From NCBI GenBank assembly GCA_035637195.1, contig DASPXQ010000088.1, positions 1-42,437 on the forward strand: a stretch of DNA of 42,437 bases, given 5' to 3'. The notes beneath the pieces were generated by a model that worked only from the letters and a program-made list of their open reading frames with translations, ran no database searches and had not been told where the DNA came from. Shown in pieces: positions 9,572 to 18,335 of this stretch. This DNA comes from Thermoplasmata archaeon (GTDB taxonomy: Archaea; Thermoplasmatota; Thermoplasmata; RBG-16-68-12). The number at the start of each line of letters is the position of its first letter. Position 1 is the stretch's first letter. The position numbers and the translations under genes were made by a program.

Positions 9572-9824
9572 TGTCGCCGAGCGCATGTGACCGCGGCTTT
9601 ACGGAAGCGAAGGTTCGCGCTACTGGCGCTCGAATTGCAGAAGCCGGGGTCAGTGCAAGCGTCTTCGTATTGGCCGAGGCGTACGGGACAGCGAATTCGG
9701 AAGGCGTCTTCGCGGTGGGCCGCGCGTCGGGACCGTTATCGCTCTCGATTCCGAGCCCGTCTGAATTATCTATCCCCCGGGAGGGTGCCCGAGCGGAGGT
9801 AACTCTGCCACGGCCGGCAATCGA

Positions 9825-10286
9825 GTGTTTCGCCTCCGAAACCGGAGTCCCCTCGTCTTCGCATTTCTGAGCGCTGCCCTCCTCCTCGCCACCGCGCCCG
9901 GTGCCCTCGGGGCAACGCACCACTCTTGGATGCCCCCTTCGTACCATGTGCCGCCGTTCGGTGCGGATTCGGGAACCGTGACCCCGCAGGTCGCCCCGGG
10001 AGGCGCATGGACGTTCGTCGGCAACAGCTCGGTCGGCGCGGACTACCACGGTCTCGCCTACGATTCAGGAGCGGGCGTGTTCATCCGATTCGGTGGGATT
10101 CAGGCGGACGGCACGACGGTGACCTTCAAGATCCCTTCCGCGGAACTCAAGACCGTGCAGCCGTTCACGGTCACGTCGGGGATGACGACCGTCCTGACCC
10201 TCCGCGTCGATCTAGCCCGCTCGATCGTGCTCCACGGCTCCGCGGCGAACTTCACTCCGGTCCTCGGAGCGATCGGGATCATCTGA
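9825..10286 (+). CDS. Secreted protein with a DUF4382-like C-terminal beta domain (short form)
   Basis: GTG start and signal peptide SPLVFAFLSAALLLATAPGALGA. The C-terminal GTTVTFKIPSAELKTVQPFTVTSGMTTVLTLRVDLARSIVLHGSAANFTPVLG aligns by eye with the C-terminus of the 21671..22210 protein. Confidence 0.7.
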   Translation: MFRLRNRSPLVFAFLSAALLLATAPGALGATHHSWMPPSYHVPPFGADSGTVTPQVAPGGAWTFVGNSSVGADYHGLAYDSGAGVFIRFGGIQADGTTVTFKIPSAELKTVQPFTVTSGMTTVLTLRVDLARSIVLHGSAANFTPVLGAIGII

Positions 10287-10633
10287 CGATTTGGCCGCAC
10301 AGCGGGTATGCCGCAATAGGAGGCGTCGAGGCCGCGGGCAGACTGTCCTGCGAGCGCTTGCGTCGCGCGTAGGGGGCTCAGCGCTCCGAACCGAAACGTC
10401 CGAGGGAATTACGCCACGGAGACTGCGCGGCGATGCTCGGCACGTGTGGGTCCCGAAACACATCTACCAGCCTCGGTCCGCGCTTGGGCGATTGTTCTCG
10501 ACATAACGTCCTCGGGGCTCCCACGCCCGTCCACTTTCTGAAATGGCTCTTCGCGCTCGGCTATCCGCACCACGCGGGAAGCGTGAGCAGCGGATGGGGA
10601 ACGGTTCCGGCAAAGGCCGCTTCGGGGCGACCC

Positions 10634-10640
10634 TAATATA
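10634..10640 (+). promoter_or_regulatory. Archaeal TATA-box-like element (TAATATA) upstream of the MFS gene
   Basis: TAATATA sits in an otherwise GC-rich intergenic region, 44 nt before the ATG at 10684. It lies only 5 nt before the track start at 10645, which argues against that start. Confidence 0.4.
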
Positions 10641-10683
10641 GCGGGTGTCCTCTGGGCCGAACCGACGGGACCGGACGGCCATC

Positions 10684-11997
10684 ATGGGCACAATCCTCCG
10701 TTTGCTCGCATCGTTCCTCCGCTTGGCTCCGAAGGACGTCGCGAACCTCTCCTTCCTCTACTTCGCGACGTTCATCATGCGGGCCGCCGCGTTCGCGGGC
10801 GTCGCGGTGATGCAGGACGTGAGCGCCCGAACCCTCGATGCGTTGGGGCGGGGCCTCCTCTTCGCCGTCTACCCGGTTGCGGAGATCGCGACGGTCGGCT
10901 ATCTCGGCACGCTGTGCGACCGGGTCGGGAGGAAGCGGATCCTCGTCTTCGCGCATCTCGTGACCGCCGCGGCCGTGTTCCTGTTCATCCCGAGCATCAG
11001 TCCGGTCGTCCCCGCGGGGGTGCAGCCGTTTCTCGTCGCCGTGTGCTTCGTGATGTTCGGAGTCGGAGCCGCGGCGAAAGTCGCGTCGACCCTCGCGATG
11101 ATCAACGACCACTCGAGTCGCACGAACCGCGCACAGCTCATGGCGTTCTTCGACCTCGTGACGTTCGGCGGCCTCGTCGGGGGCTTCGGCGCGGCCTTCC
11201 TCGCCCTGAACGCGTTCGGGATCTCGGATGCGTCCGTCCTCGCGGTCGGCGGCATCGGCGTCACGGTGAGCGTCGTCATGGTCCAGTTCCTCGTCCGGGA
11301 GACCCCCTTCACGCCGGAGACGCAGCGCGGGACCCTCGAGCTCCTGCGGACCGTCCTCCGGAACCGAGACATCCAGCGGCTCCTACCGGTCTACGTCCCC
11401 GTGGTCGCCCTGTACGGCTACGTCATCACCTTCACCGACAACCTTCTCGGGGCGGGGAGCGAGGGTTCGGCGACGACGACCCAGCTGCTCATCATCGTGG
11501 CGTCCCTGGGGATTCCTCTGGGGGCCTCGCTGGCGGTGAGCGGGAGGCTCTCCGACCGAGTGCGGCTGCGCCGGCCGTTCATGGGGCTCGGCCTCGCGTG
11601 CTTCGGCGGCCTCGCAATCCTCTTGGCGCTCGCGGCGCGGCCCGGTGGCGGCGCGGACACGGCGCAGCTCGTCTCCCGCTGGCCCCTGATTGCGATCCTC
11701 GCGGCGGGTGCCGGGACGTTCCCGCCCGCGGCGCTCGCCTACTTGGGGGACGTCGTCGGTCATGCCGTCACGGGCACCGCATTCGGAATCTACTCCGTCA
11801 TCTTTGGATCCGGGCTTATCGTCGGACCCATCCTCGGTGGCGCTCTCACGCAGGCGCTCGGACCCCTCGCGTTCGCGGTGATCGCCCTCGGCCTCATTGG
11901 CATCTCCGGTGTCGGCGTGTTGTTCATCCGCGAGCCGCTGAAATTCCCGCGGACCCCCATGGGGCCGGAGACCGTCGTGCCGCCGGAGAAACGCTGA
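10684..11997 (+). CDS. MFS transporter
   Basis: About 12 predicted TM helices. MFS motif A in loop 2-3 (GYLGTLCDRVGRKRILV). Start placed at M14 of the track ORF because of the TATA position; 10645 remains possible. Confidence 0.85.
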   Translation: MGTILRLLASFLRLAPKDVANLSFLYFATFIMRAAAFAGVAVMQDVSARTLDALGRGLLFAVYPVAEIATVGYLGTLCDRVGRKRILVFAHLVTAAAVFLFIPSISPVVPAGVQPFLVAVCFVMFGVGAAAKVASTLAMINDHSSRTNRAQLMAFFDLVTFGGLVGGFGAAFLALNAFGISDASVLAVGGIGVTVSVVMVQFLVRETPFTPETQRGTLELLRTVLRNRDIQRLLPVYVPVVALYGYVITFTDNLLGAGSEGSATTTQLLIIVASLGIPLGASLAVSGRLSDRVRLRRPFMGLGLACFGGLAILLALAARPGGGADTAQLVSRWPLIAILAAGAGTFPPAALAYLGDVVGHAVTGTAFGIYSVIFGSGLIVGPILGGALTQALGPLAFAVIALGLIGISGVGVLFIREPLKFPRTPMGPETVVPPEKR

Positions 11998-12007
11998 CCC
12001 GGTCCGC

Positions 12008-12577
12008 ATGCGTTCGCGTGATTCTGACGTCGCCGGATTGAAGTACCCACGGCCTCGTCGCACGGACGTGGCGTCGAGCACCACGAGCCTCCTGGACCTG
12101 GACCCGATCGCCTACTTCGCGATGGGCGGATTCGCGCTGTTCTTCGGCCTCTTCTTCCTCGTGTTCCTCTGGGACATCCCGCTCTTCTTGTACCTCTGTG
12201 GCCCGGTGACGTTCATCCCGGGCGTCATCGCGGTGACGATCGGGGTCCGCCAGTGGCGGCGCGAGCGGGCGGTCCTCGAGTTCGTGGAGTGGGTTAAGTC
12301 CCAGCGGCGGATCAAGATGGACCTCATGGCGCAGCGGATCGGCAAGACGCGCTACGAGACGGAGAAGCTGCTCGGCAAGGCGCTGGACAAGGGCTTCGTG
12401 AAGGGCGCGATCGACCGCACGACCGACGAGTTCGTGCTCGAAGAGGCCGTGAAGCAGGAGCATTTCGTCGGGCAGTGTCCCCATTGCGGCGGGAACGTGG
12501 ACACGTGGTACTTCCCGGAGGAACGCGTCTCCTGCCCGTACTGCGAGCGGGCGATCTCCGTCCCTGCGAACGCGTGA
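12008..12577 (+). CDS. Membrane protein with 2 TM helices, a winged-helix-like segment and a C-terminal CxxC..CxxC zinc ribbon
   Basis: TM helices IAYFAMGGFALFFGLFFLVFLW and FLYLCGPVTFIPGVIAVTIGV. Next comes VLEFVEWVKSQRRIKMDLMAQRIGKTRYETEKLLGKALDKGFV (wHTH-like), then CPHCGG...CPYCER. Confidence 0.65.
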   Translation: MRSRDSDVAGLKYPRPRRTDVASSTTSLLDLDPIAYFAMGGFALFFGLFFLVFLWDIPLFLYLCGPVTFIPGVIAVTIGVRQWRRERAVLEFVEWVKSQRRIKMDLMAQRIGKTRYETEKLLGKALDKGFVKGAIDRTTDEFVLEEAVKQEHFVGQCPHCGGNVDTWYFPEERVSCPYCERAISVPANA

Positions 12578-12596
12578 GTGGGGCAGGTCGCCACCC

Positions 12597-12603
12597 TTAT
12601 ATA
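12597..12603 (+). promoter_or_regulatory. TATA box (TTATATA) of the rps12-rps7-aEF-2 operon
   Basis: TTATATA lies 40 nt upstream of the rps12 TTG start at 12643, in the gap after the upstream gene. Confidence 0.5.
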
Positions 12604-12642
12604 GCACATGGATTTTAGAGCGCACCTTCCGAGGAACCTCCT

Positions 12643-13071
12643 TTGGCCCGCGGCCTCTTCGCAGCGCGTAAGCTCAAGAACGAACGGCAGACGAGACGCT
12701 GGTCCGACCGGTACTACAAGAGGCGCGTGCAGCACCTCAAGGAGAAGTCGGACCCGCTCGAGGGATCGCCGCAGGCGAAGGGCATCGTCCTCGAGAAGGT
12801 CGCGATCGAGGCGAAGCAGCCGAACTCCGCGCTGCGGAAGTGCGTGAAGGTCCAGCTGATCAAGAACGGCCGGCAGGTGACGGCCTTCGCCGTCGGCGAC
12901 GGCGCGATCAACTTCATCGACGAGCACGACGAAGTCCTCGTCGAAGGGATCGGCGGGCGGATGGGGCGATCGTACGGGGACATCCCGGGCGTGCGTTACA
13001 AGGTGATCCAAGTCAACGGGGTGTCGCTCGACGAACTCGTGCGCGGCCGGAAAGAGAAGCCCGTGAGGTAG
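12643..13071 (+). CDS. rps12: 30S ribosomal protein S12 (uS12)
   Basis: The product reads [25 protein letters not shown]...[24 protein letters not shown]...[18 protein letters not shown], a textbook archaeal uS12. TTG start. Confidence 0.95.
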   Translation: MARGLFAARKLKNERQTRRWSDRYYKRRVQHLKEKSDPLEGSPQAKGIVLEKVAIEAKQPNSALRKCVKVQLIKNGRQVTAFAVGDGAINFIDEHDEVLVEGIGGRMGRSYGDIPGVRYKVIQVNGVSLDELVRGRKEKPVR

Positions 13072-13075
13072 GCCG

Positions 13076-13846
13076 ATGGAACCCGAGCCGACGCCCCCTC
13101 CGGAGACACCGCCACCGCCACCGCCGCCTCCTGAGGCGCCGCCTCCGCCGCCCGAGGCCGCGCCGGCCATCGAACCCGCGGCGACGACGGAAGGTCCTCC
13201 GGAAACCGCCGCAGAAGGCGAGCCGGCTCCGGTCGTCGAGAAGCCCAAGCGCGAGCCGAAGAAAGCCAAGAAACGGCCCAGCTATGAAATGAAGCTCTTC
13301 GAGAAGTACGACCTGAACGAGGTGGTCGTGCACGACGCCGGACTCGCGAAGTACATGAACCTCTCACCGATCGTCATCCCACACACGGGTGGGCGGTACG
13401 CGAACAAGCCGTTCGGCAAGGCCAAGTCGAACCTCGTCGAGCGGCTGATCAACGGCATGATGCGCACGGAGAATTACACCGGAAAGAAGGCGAAGTCCTA
13501 TCGGGTCGTGCGCACCGCGTTCGAGATCATCGCGCAGAAAACTGGGAAGAACCCTGTGCAGATCCTCGTCGATGCGCTCGAGAAAGCCGCGCCCCGCGAG
13601 GAGATCACGCGCCTCCGGTTCGGCGGCATCAGCGTGCCCCGCGCCGTCGACGTCGCCCCTTCCCGACGGCTCGACCTCGCCCTGCGCAGCATCACGACCG
13701 GGGCGGTCTCGGCGACGTTCAAGAACCGCAAGCCCGTCGAGGAGTGCCTCGCGGACGAAATCCTCATGGCGGCGAAAGGCGACATGCAGAGCTCCGCGAT
13801 CGCGAAGAAGGAGGAGCTCGAGCGGGTCGCATCCTCCGCGCGATGA
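13076..13846 (+). CDS. rps7: 30S ribosomal protein S7 (uS7) with a 71-aa Pro/Glu/Ala-rich N-terminal extension
   Basis: The canonical archaeal uS7 begins at MKLFEKYDLNEVVVHDAGL (ATG 13289). The ORF opens at ATG 13076, 4 nt after the rps12 stop, with GAGGT 6 nt upstream. The extension reads MEPEPTPPPETPPPPPPPPEAPPPPPEAAP...KREPKKAKKRPSYE. Confidence 0.85.
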   Translation: MEPEPTPPPETPPPPPPPPEAPPPPPEAAPAIEPAATTEGPPETAAEGEPAPVVEKPKREPKKAKKRPSYEMKLFEKYDLNEVVVHDAGLAKYMNLSPIVIPHTGGRYANKPFGKAKSNLVERLINGMMRTENYTGKKAKSYRVVRTAFEIIAQKTGKNPVQILVDALEKAAPREEITRLRFGGISVPRAVDVAPSRRLDLALRSITTGAVSATFKNRKPVEECLADEILMAAKGDMQSSAIAKKEELERVASSAR

Positions 13847-13860
13847 TTCGCCCCCCTCCG

Positions 13861-13886
13861 GACCGAAGCCTTAATTAGGTTCGGTC
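13861..13886 (+). promoter_or_regulatory. Inverted repeat (GACCGAA..TTCGGTC) enclosing a TTAATTA TATA-like element between rps7 and aEF-2
   Basis: The sequence gaccgaagccttaattaggttcggtc is visible directly. The aEF-2 ATG at 13926 is preceded by AGGAG. Function (internal promoter or attenuator) is not established. Confidence 0.3.
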
Positions 13887-13925
13887 TTCTGCGACATTCC
13901 TTGTTCAGATCAAGGAGCCCGAGCG

Positions 13926-16900
13926 ATGGGACGTAAGGAAGAAAATATCAAGAAAGCCCAGGCGTTGCTCCACCTGAAGGACCGCATCCGCAACATCGGC
14001 ACCGCGGCACACATCGACCATGGCAAATGTTGTCATGGTAGCACGCGGATCTGGGTCAGCGGCGAGTGGGTAACCGCTGAGAACCTCTGGGCCCGCTTCG
14101 AAAATCTTTCTGCCGTTCCGAACGCTCACGGCGCAGAAGTCAAGGATCTGATCCATGAGGACCTGTGGACTCTTTCGCTCGACGTGCGTTCAGGCAGGAC
14201 TCAGTTCTCGCAAATTACTCACGCTTGGCGACTTCCTGCCACGGAGCCACTCGTCGAAATCGAGAGTCGCGACGGGAGAATCATCCGGACCACTCCTGAA
14301 CATCCGTTCGTCGTCGGATCGGAACAGTCGCTTCAATTTCGAGCTGCTCGTGATCTCAGGAAGGGGGATGTGCTTGCGGTCCCGAGGACACTGCCATCTC
14401 AGGGCGACGGCGAGAATTGGGCAGATCTGGAATCAGAGATGGTACTTCGCCTTGCGGAAGATCCGAATTTCTTGTTCAAGCTGACGGATCCCGGGGAACA
14501 AATCGCGAAGGAGAGCGGTGCCATCCGCGGGGAATCTCTTCTCGCGAGATTCAGGGAGCTCGCGACACCGCCGGCGAGCATCTATGAGTTTGTGGAATCA
14601 ATCTGGTATGAGCCCTGCAAGACTACGAGTCGAGCGTCCCGACCGATTCGCCTGCCGAAGCGAGCCGAGCTGGAGGAATTCTTCTGGTTCGTCGGCCTTC
14701 TGTACGGCGACGGGGATGGGAATTGCGTCATTACCGGGGCCGATAAGCAGCTCCTGACCCGAGCCCTCCGATTCATCAGAAAGCTATCTCCGGGCGCGAG
14801 TCTTGCGCGCGATTCCGGGCGGCCAATCTACAGGCTACACCCTGGCTCGAATAGTTTCGTTCAGCTCATGCATTCCCTGTTCGGGTACCCGCTTCGACGC
14901 AAGGCGTGGAGCATCCGGTTACCGAGTCAGTTGCACACGGCGCCGCTACCCTTGGCTGCGGCGTTCATCCAAGGATACCTAGATGCAGACGGGACCGTTG
15001 AGAAGGCGCGCTCCGCCGTTTCGGCGACGAGTGTGTCCGAACCGTTCCTGGATGAGCTCCAGCTCCTCCTCTTACGGTTCGGTGTGAGGGCAATCTTCAA
15101 CCGGGAGAGAGGCCGCTCAACGCTCTACGTTTCGGGTCGACGGAATCTTTCACGCCTTCCGGATTTCAGTGACCCTAGCAAGGCCTCTCTTCGAAAGAAA
15201 CTGGAGGCTAAGTCGAAGACCTCCTACGTCGTGGACCTGTTACCCGTGAGATGGGAACGGATACGGCCAAACGACTACAAGAGTCGCTTTTACGCGCTGG
15301 CCAGCGAGCGCCCGTCGATCCGGTCCTTGCTACTGATGGCGGGTCCTGACATCGCAGCGGTCGAACACCTCATGAATGAAGATGTGGCGTTCGTTGAGGT
15401 GAGCCATATTCGGCATACTCGAACAAAGTGGGTATACGACTTCTCGGTGCCGGGCCCGAAGAACTTCGTAGCGGAAGGCTTCTTCATCCACAACACCACC
15501 CTCTCCGACTCCCTCATCGCGGGCGCGGGGATGATCTCCGAGGAACTCGCGGGCCAGCAACTCTTCATGGACTACGACCCTCAGGAGCAGGAGCGCGGCA
15601 TCACGATCAACGCGGCCATCGCGTCGATGGTCCACGATTTCGAGGGCGGCCAGTACCTCATCAACCTCATCGACACGCCCGGCCACGTCGACTTCGGCGG
15701 GGACGTAACCCGTGCGATGCGGGCCATCGATGGCGTGATCATACTCGACGACTCCGTCGAAGGGATCATGCCGCAGACGGAGACGGTCATCCGTCAGGCG
15801 CTGAAGGAACGCGTGAGGCCCGTCCTGTTCATCAACAAGGTCGACCGCCTCGTCAACGAGTTGAAGATCAGCCCGGAGCAAATGCAGCAGCGATTCCAGA
15901 AGATCATCATGGAGGTCAACAATCGCATCCGGAAATGGCTGCCCGAGGACCTCGGAGAGAAGTGGATGGTGAACGTCGAGGCGGGCAGCGTCGCGTTCGG
16001 GAGCGCGTACCACAAGTGGGCCGTGAGCGCCCCCTTCACGAAGCGGACGGGCATCGGGTTCAAGGACATCTACAAGCACTGTCAAGAGGGGACGATGAAA
16101 GAGCTCGCGAAGAAGGCGCCTCTCCACAACGTCGTGCTGAACATGGTCATCCGTCACCTGCCGAATCCGCTCGAAGCACAGAAAATCCGGATCCCGATCA
16201 TCTGGAAAGGAGACCCGCAGTCGCCCGTCGGCAACGCGATGATGACGGTCGATGAAAACGGTCCCGTCGGGTTCATGGTGACGAAGATCATCGTCGACCC
16301 CCAGGCGGGCGAAGTGGCCGCCGGTCGCCTCTATTCGGGCAAGATTCGCCGGGGCCAAGAGCTGTGGGTCAGCGGGATGCCGAAGCCCCAGCGCGCGCAG
16401 ACCGTCGCGATGATCGTCGGCCCGGACCGCATCCCGGTCGACGAGATCGACGCGGGGAACGTGGTCGCGGTGGTCGGCCTGCGGGACGCGGTCGCCGGCT
16501 CGACCGTGAGCGACGACAAGGAGATGCAGCCCTTCGAGAAGATCGTCCACTACTCCGATCCGGTCGTCACGATCGCCGTCGAGGCGAAGTCGACGTCGGA
16601 CCTGCCGAAACTCGTCGAGGCGTTGCGCCTGCTCGCAAAGGCGGATCCGAGCATCCAAGTGGAGATCAACCAGGAGACCGGGGAGCACCTGATCTCTGGG
16701 ATGGGCGAACTCCACCTCGAGATCACGATCTACCGCGTTCAGAACGACTACAAGATCCCCGTCACGACGAGCACTCCCATCGTCGTCTACCGGGAGGGCG
16801 TGGGCGGCAAGGGCGGGCCGTTCGAAGGCAAGTCCCCGAACAAGCACAACCGCTTCTATATGGAGGTCGAGCCGCTCGAGGAGAAGGTCGTCGCCGCGAT

Positions 16901-17591
16901 CCGCGCCGGCGAGATCGCGTCCGGCCAGCGCATCAAGGATTCGAAGGTCCTCGCGAAGAAGCTCGAGGAGCTCGGGATGGACCGGAACGACGCGAAGAAC
17001 GTCGTGTGGATCCAAGACACGAACATGCTGCTCGATGCGACGAAAGGGATCCAGTATCTCCACGAGACGATGGAACTGATCAAGGAGGCCTTCACGGAGG
17101 CGATGAACCGCGGCCCGCTCGCGGCGGAGAAAGGCATGGCGTTGAAGGTGAGCCTCGTCGACGCGAAGCTCCACGAGGACTCCGTCCACCGCGGGCCCGC
17201 GCAGGTCATCCCCGCCGCCCGATCCTCGATCTACGGCGCGATGGTCCAGGCCGGACGCATCTTGCTGGAGCCTGTCCAGAAGGTCTTCATCAACGTCCCG
17301 CAAGACTTCATGGGTGCCGCGATCGGCGACATCCAGAGCCGCCGTGGCGTGATCGAGGACATCAGCCAGGAAGGGGAGATCACGGTCATCCACGCGAAGG
17401 CGCCGGTCGCAGAGATGTTCGGCTTCGCCTCCGCCATCCGGTCGGCGACGCAGGGACGCGCGCTGTGGTCGACGGAGAACAGCGGCTTCGAGGCCGTGCC
17501 GGGGAACCTTCTGTCGGAGGTCGTCCGCGCGATCCGCACGCGGAAGGGACTACCGCCGGAACCGTACGACGAAGCGTACTACTCCGCGTGA
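13926..17591 (+). CDS. fusA: Translation elongation factor aEF-2, intein-containing precursor (732-aa extein plus 489-aa intein)
   Basis: The G1 motif AHIDHGK is interrupted. The sequence resumes [12 protein letters not shown]...[13 protein letters not shown]...DTPGHVDF...NKVDR and continues with full EF-2 domains to the C-terminus. Confidence 0.95.
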   Translation: MGRKEENIKKAQALLHLKDRIRNIGTAAHIDHGKCCHGSTRIWVSGEWVTAENLWARFENLSAVPNAHGAEVKDLIHEDLWTLSLDVRSGRTQFSQITHAWRLPATEPLVEIESRDGRIIRTTPEHPFVVGSEQSLQFRAARDLRKGDVLAVPRTLPSQGDGENWADLESEMVLRLAEDPNFLFKLTDPGEQIAKESGAIRGESLLARFRELATPPASIYEFVESIWYEPCKTTSRASRPIRLPKRAELEEFFWFVGLLYGDGDGNCVITGADKQLLTRALRFIRKLSPGASLARDSGRPIYRLHPGSNSFVQLMHSLFGYPLRRKAWSIRLPSQLHTAPLPLAAAFIQGYLDADGTVEKARSAVSATSVSEPFLDELQLLLLRFGVRAIFNRERGRSTLYVSGRRNLSRLPDFSDPSKASLRKKLEAKSKTSYVVDLLPVRWERIRPNDYKSRFYALASERPSIRSLLLMAGPDIAAVEHLMNEDVAFVEVSHIRHTRTKWVYDFSVPGPKNFVAEGFFIHNTTLSDSLIAGAGMISEELAGQQLFMDYDPQEQERGITINAAIASMVHDFEGGQYLINLIDTPGHVDFGGDVTRAMRAIDGVIILDDSVEGIMPQTETVIRQALKERVRPVLFINKVDRLVNELKISPEQMQQRFQKIIMEVNNRIRKWLPEDLGEKWMVNVEAGSVAFGSAYHKWAVSAPFTKRTGIGFKDIYKHCQEGTMKELAKKAPLHNVVLNMVIRHLPNPLEAQKIRIPIIWKGDPQSPVGNAMMTVDENGPVGFMVTKIIVDPQAGEVAAGRLYSGKIRRGQELWVSGMPKPQRAQTVAMIVGPDRIPVDEIDAGNVVAVVGLRDAVAGSTVSDDKEMQPFEKIVHYSDPVVTIAVEAKSTSDLPKLVEALRLLAKADPSIQVEINQETGEHLISGMGELHLEITIYRVQNDYKIPVTTSTPIVVYREGVGGKGGPFEGKSPNKHNRFYMEVEPLEEKVVAAIRAGEIASGQRIKDSKVLAKKLEELGMDRNDAKNVVWIQDTNMLLDATKGIQYLHETMELIKEAFTEAMNRGPLAAEKGMALKVSLVDAKLHEDSVHRGPAQVIPAARSSIYGAMVQAGRILLEPVQKVFINVPQDFMGAAIGDIQSRRGVIEDISQEGEITVIHAKAPVAEMFGFASAIRSATQGRALWSTENSGFEAVPGNLLSEVVRAIRTRKGLPPEPYDEAYYSA
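14028..15494 (+). mobile_element. Intein with LAGLIDADG homing endonuclease, inserted in the P-loop of aEF-2 (after AHIDHGK)
   Basis: Starts with Cys ([14 protein letters not shown]). Block B is TTPEHPF. Two LAGLIDADG motifs ([11 protein letters not shown] and [11 protein letters not shown]). Blocks F/G are [21 protein letters not shown], followed by the +1 Thr. GC is visibly lower than in the flanking extein. Confidence 0.9.
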
Positions 17592-17649
17592 GCCGCGTAC
17601 GCCGGGTCGGGGTCCCATGGTTTCGCAATCCTGAAGCGTCCTCCAGGCG

Positions 17650-18222
17650 ATGGACCGCCGGGATCCAATGACCACGGACCGACGGTTCAGCCGTTTCAGC
17701 AAGTCTCCGGATACGGCCGCGTTCAGCACCACGGAAATCCCGGAGGGCGGTGTGTGTCTGTCCGCCTTCTTGATCGTGGCGCAGGCGGGACAGCCCTCGC
17801 GAATCCTCATGGGCCACATGAATCCGGAGGCTCCTTGGGATCACATCGGAGCCCTCGATCCGAAGCGCGTGGAGGTGCACTCCCGCGGCTGGGTGCTCCC
17901 TTCGTCCCACCTCATCTTCCTCGAGTCGCCCGAGGACGCCGCCCGACGGATCGCCCGCGAACAGCTCGACCTTCCGGACCTCGTCCTCTCGGGCCCCCAG
18001 GTCGTCTCGGAGGCCTACACCCCGAAGCGCTTCCCAGGACGCCCGCACCATTGGGACATCGAGTTCCTGTTCCGGGGCGAGCTCGCAGCTGCGGAGGTTC
18101 CTCGCCCCGCGGCATGGAAGGAGTTGGCGTTCGTCGACCTGGGCCGCACGACGAAAGCGGAGATCGCGCGGTCCCACGAGGACGTGCTCGAGTCGGCGGG
18201 CCTCCGCTTCGGCGGGGAGTGA
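17650..18222 (+). CDS. Nudix-fold-like hydrolase (degenerate Nudix box), inserted between aEF-2 and EF-1alpha
   Basis: GGVCLSAFLIV...WVLPSSHLIFLESPEDAARRIAREQLDL resembles the GX5EX7REUXEEXGU region but is degenerate. The identity call is weak; the ORF itself is coding-like. Confidence 0.45.
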   Translation: MDRRDPMTTDRRFSRFSKSPDTAAFSTTEIPEGGVCLSAFLIVAQAGQPSRILMGHMNPEAPWDHIGALDPKRVEVHSRGWVLPSSHLIFLESPEDAARRIAREQLDLPDLVLSGPQVVSEAYTPKRFPGRPHHWDIEFLFRGELAAAEVPRPAAWKELAFVDLGRTTKAEIARSHEDVLESAGLRFGGE

Positions 18223-18290
18223 GCGTCCTGTCCTCGCGCGTTCCCATGGAGAAAATCACTCGGTCCGAACCATGCGTGCGGGAGGAAATG

Positions 18291-18297
18291 CATAAAT
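18291..18297 (+). promoter_or_regulatory. TATA-like element (ATAAATA) upstream of tuf
   Basis: The sequence gcataaatacg lies about 40 nt before the EF-1alpha ATG at 18336. Confidence 0.35.
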
Positions 18298-18335
18298 ACG
18301 ACAGGATGATTAGGCGCGTCCTACGGAGCTAAAGC

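Noticed and set aside
9766-9805. tRNA-like D-arm lookalike (GGGTGCCCGAGCGGAGGTAA)
   Set aside because: No T arm (GTTCRAATC), anticodon arm or complementary acceptor strand could be found around it on either strand.
15330-17393. 687-aa minus-strand ORF antisense to aEF-2
   Set aside because: Its composition is Arg/Asp/His/Leu-rich and low in complexity. It lies exactly opposite a strongly conserved gene. Long stop-free antisense frames are expected at this GC content.
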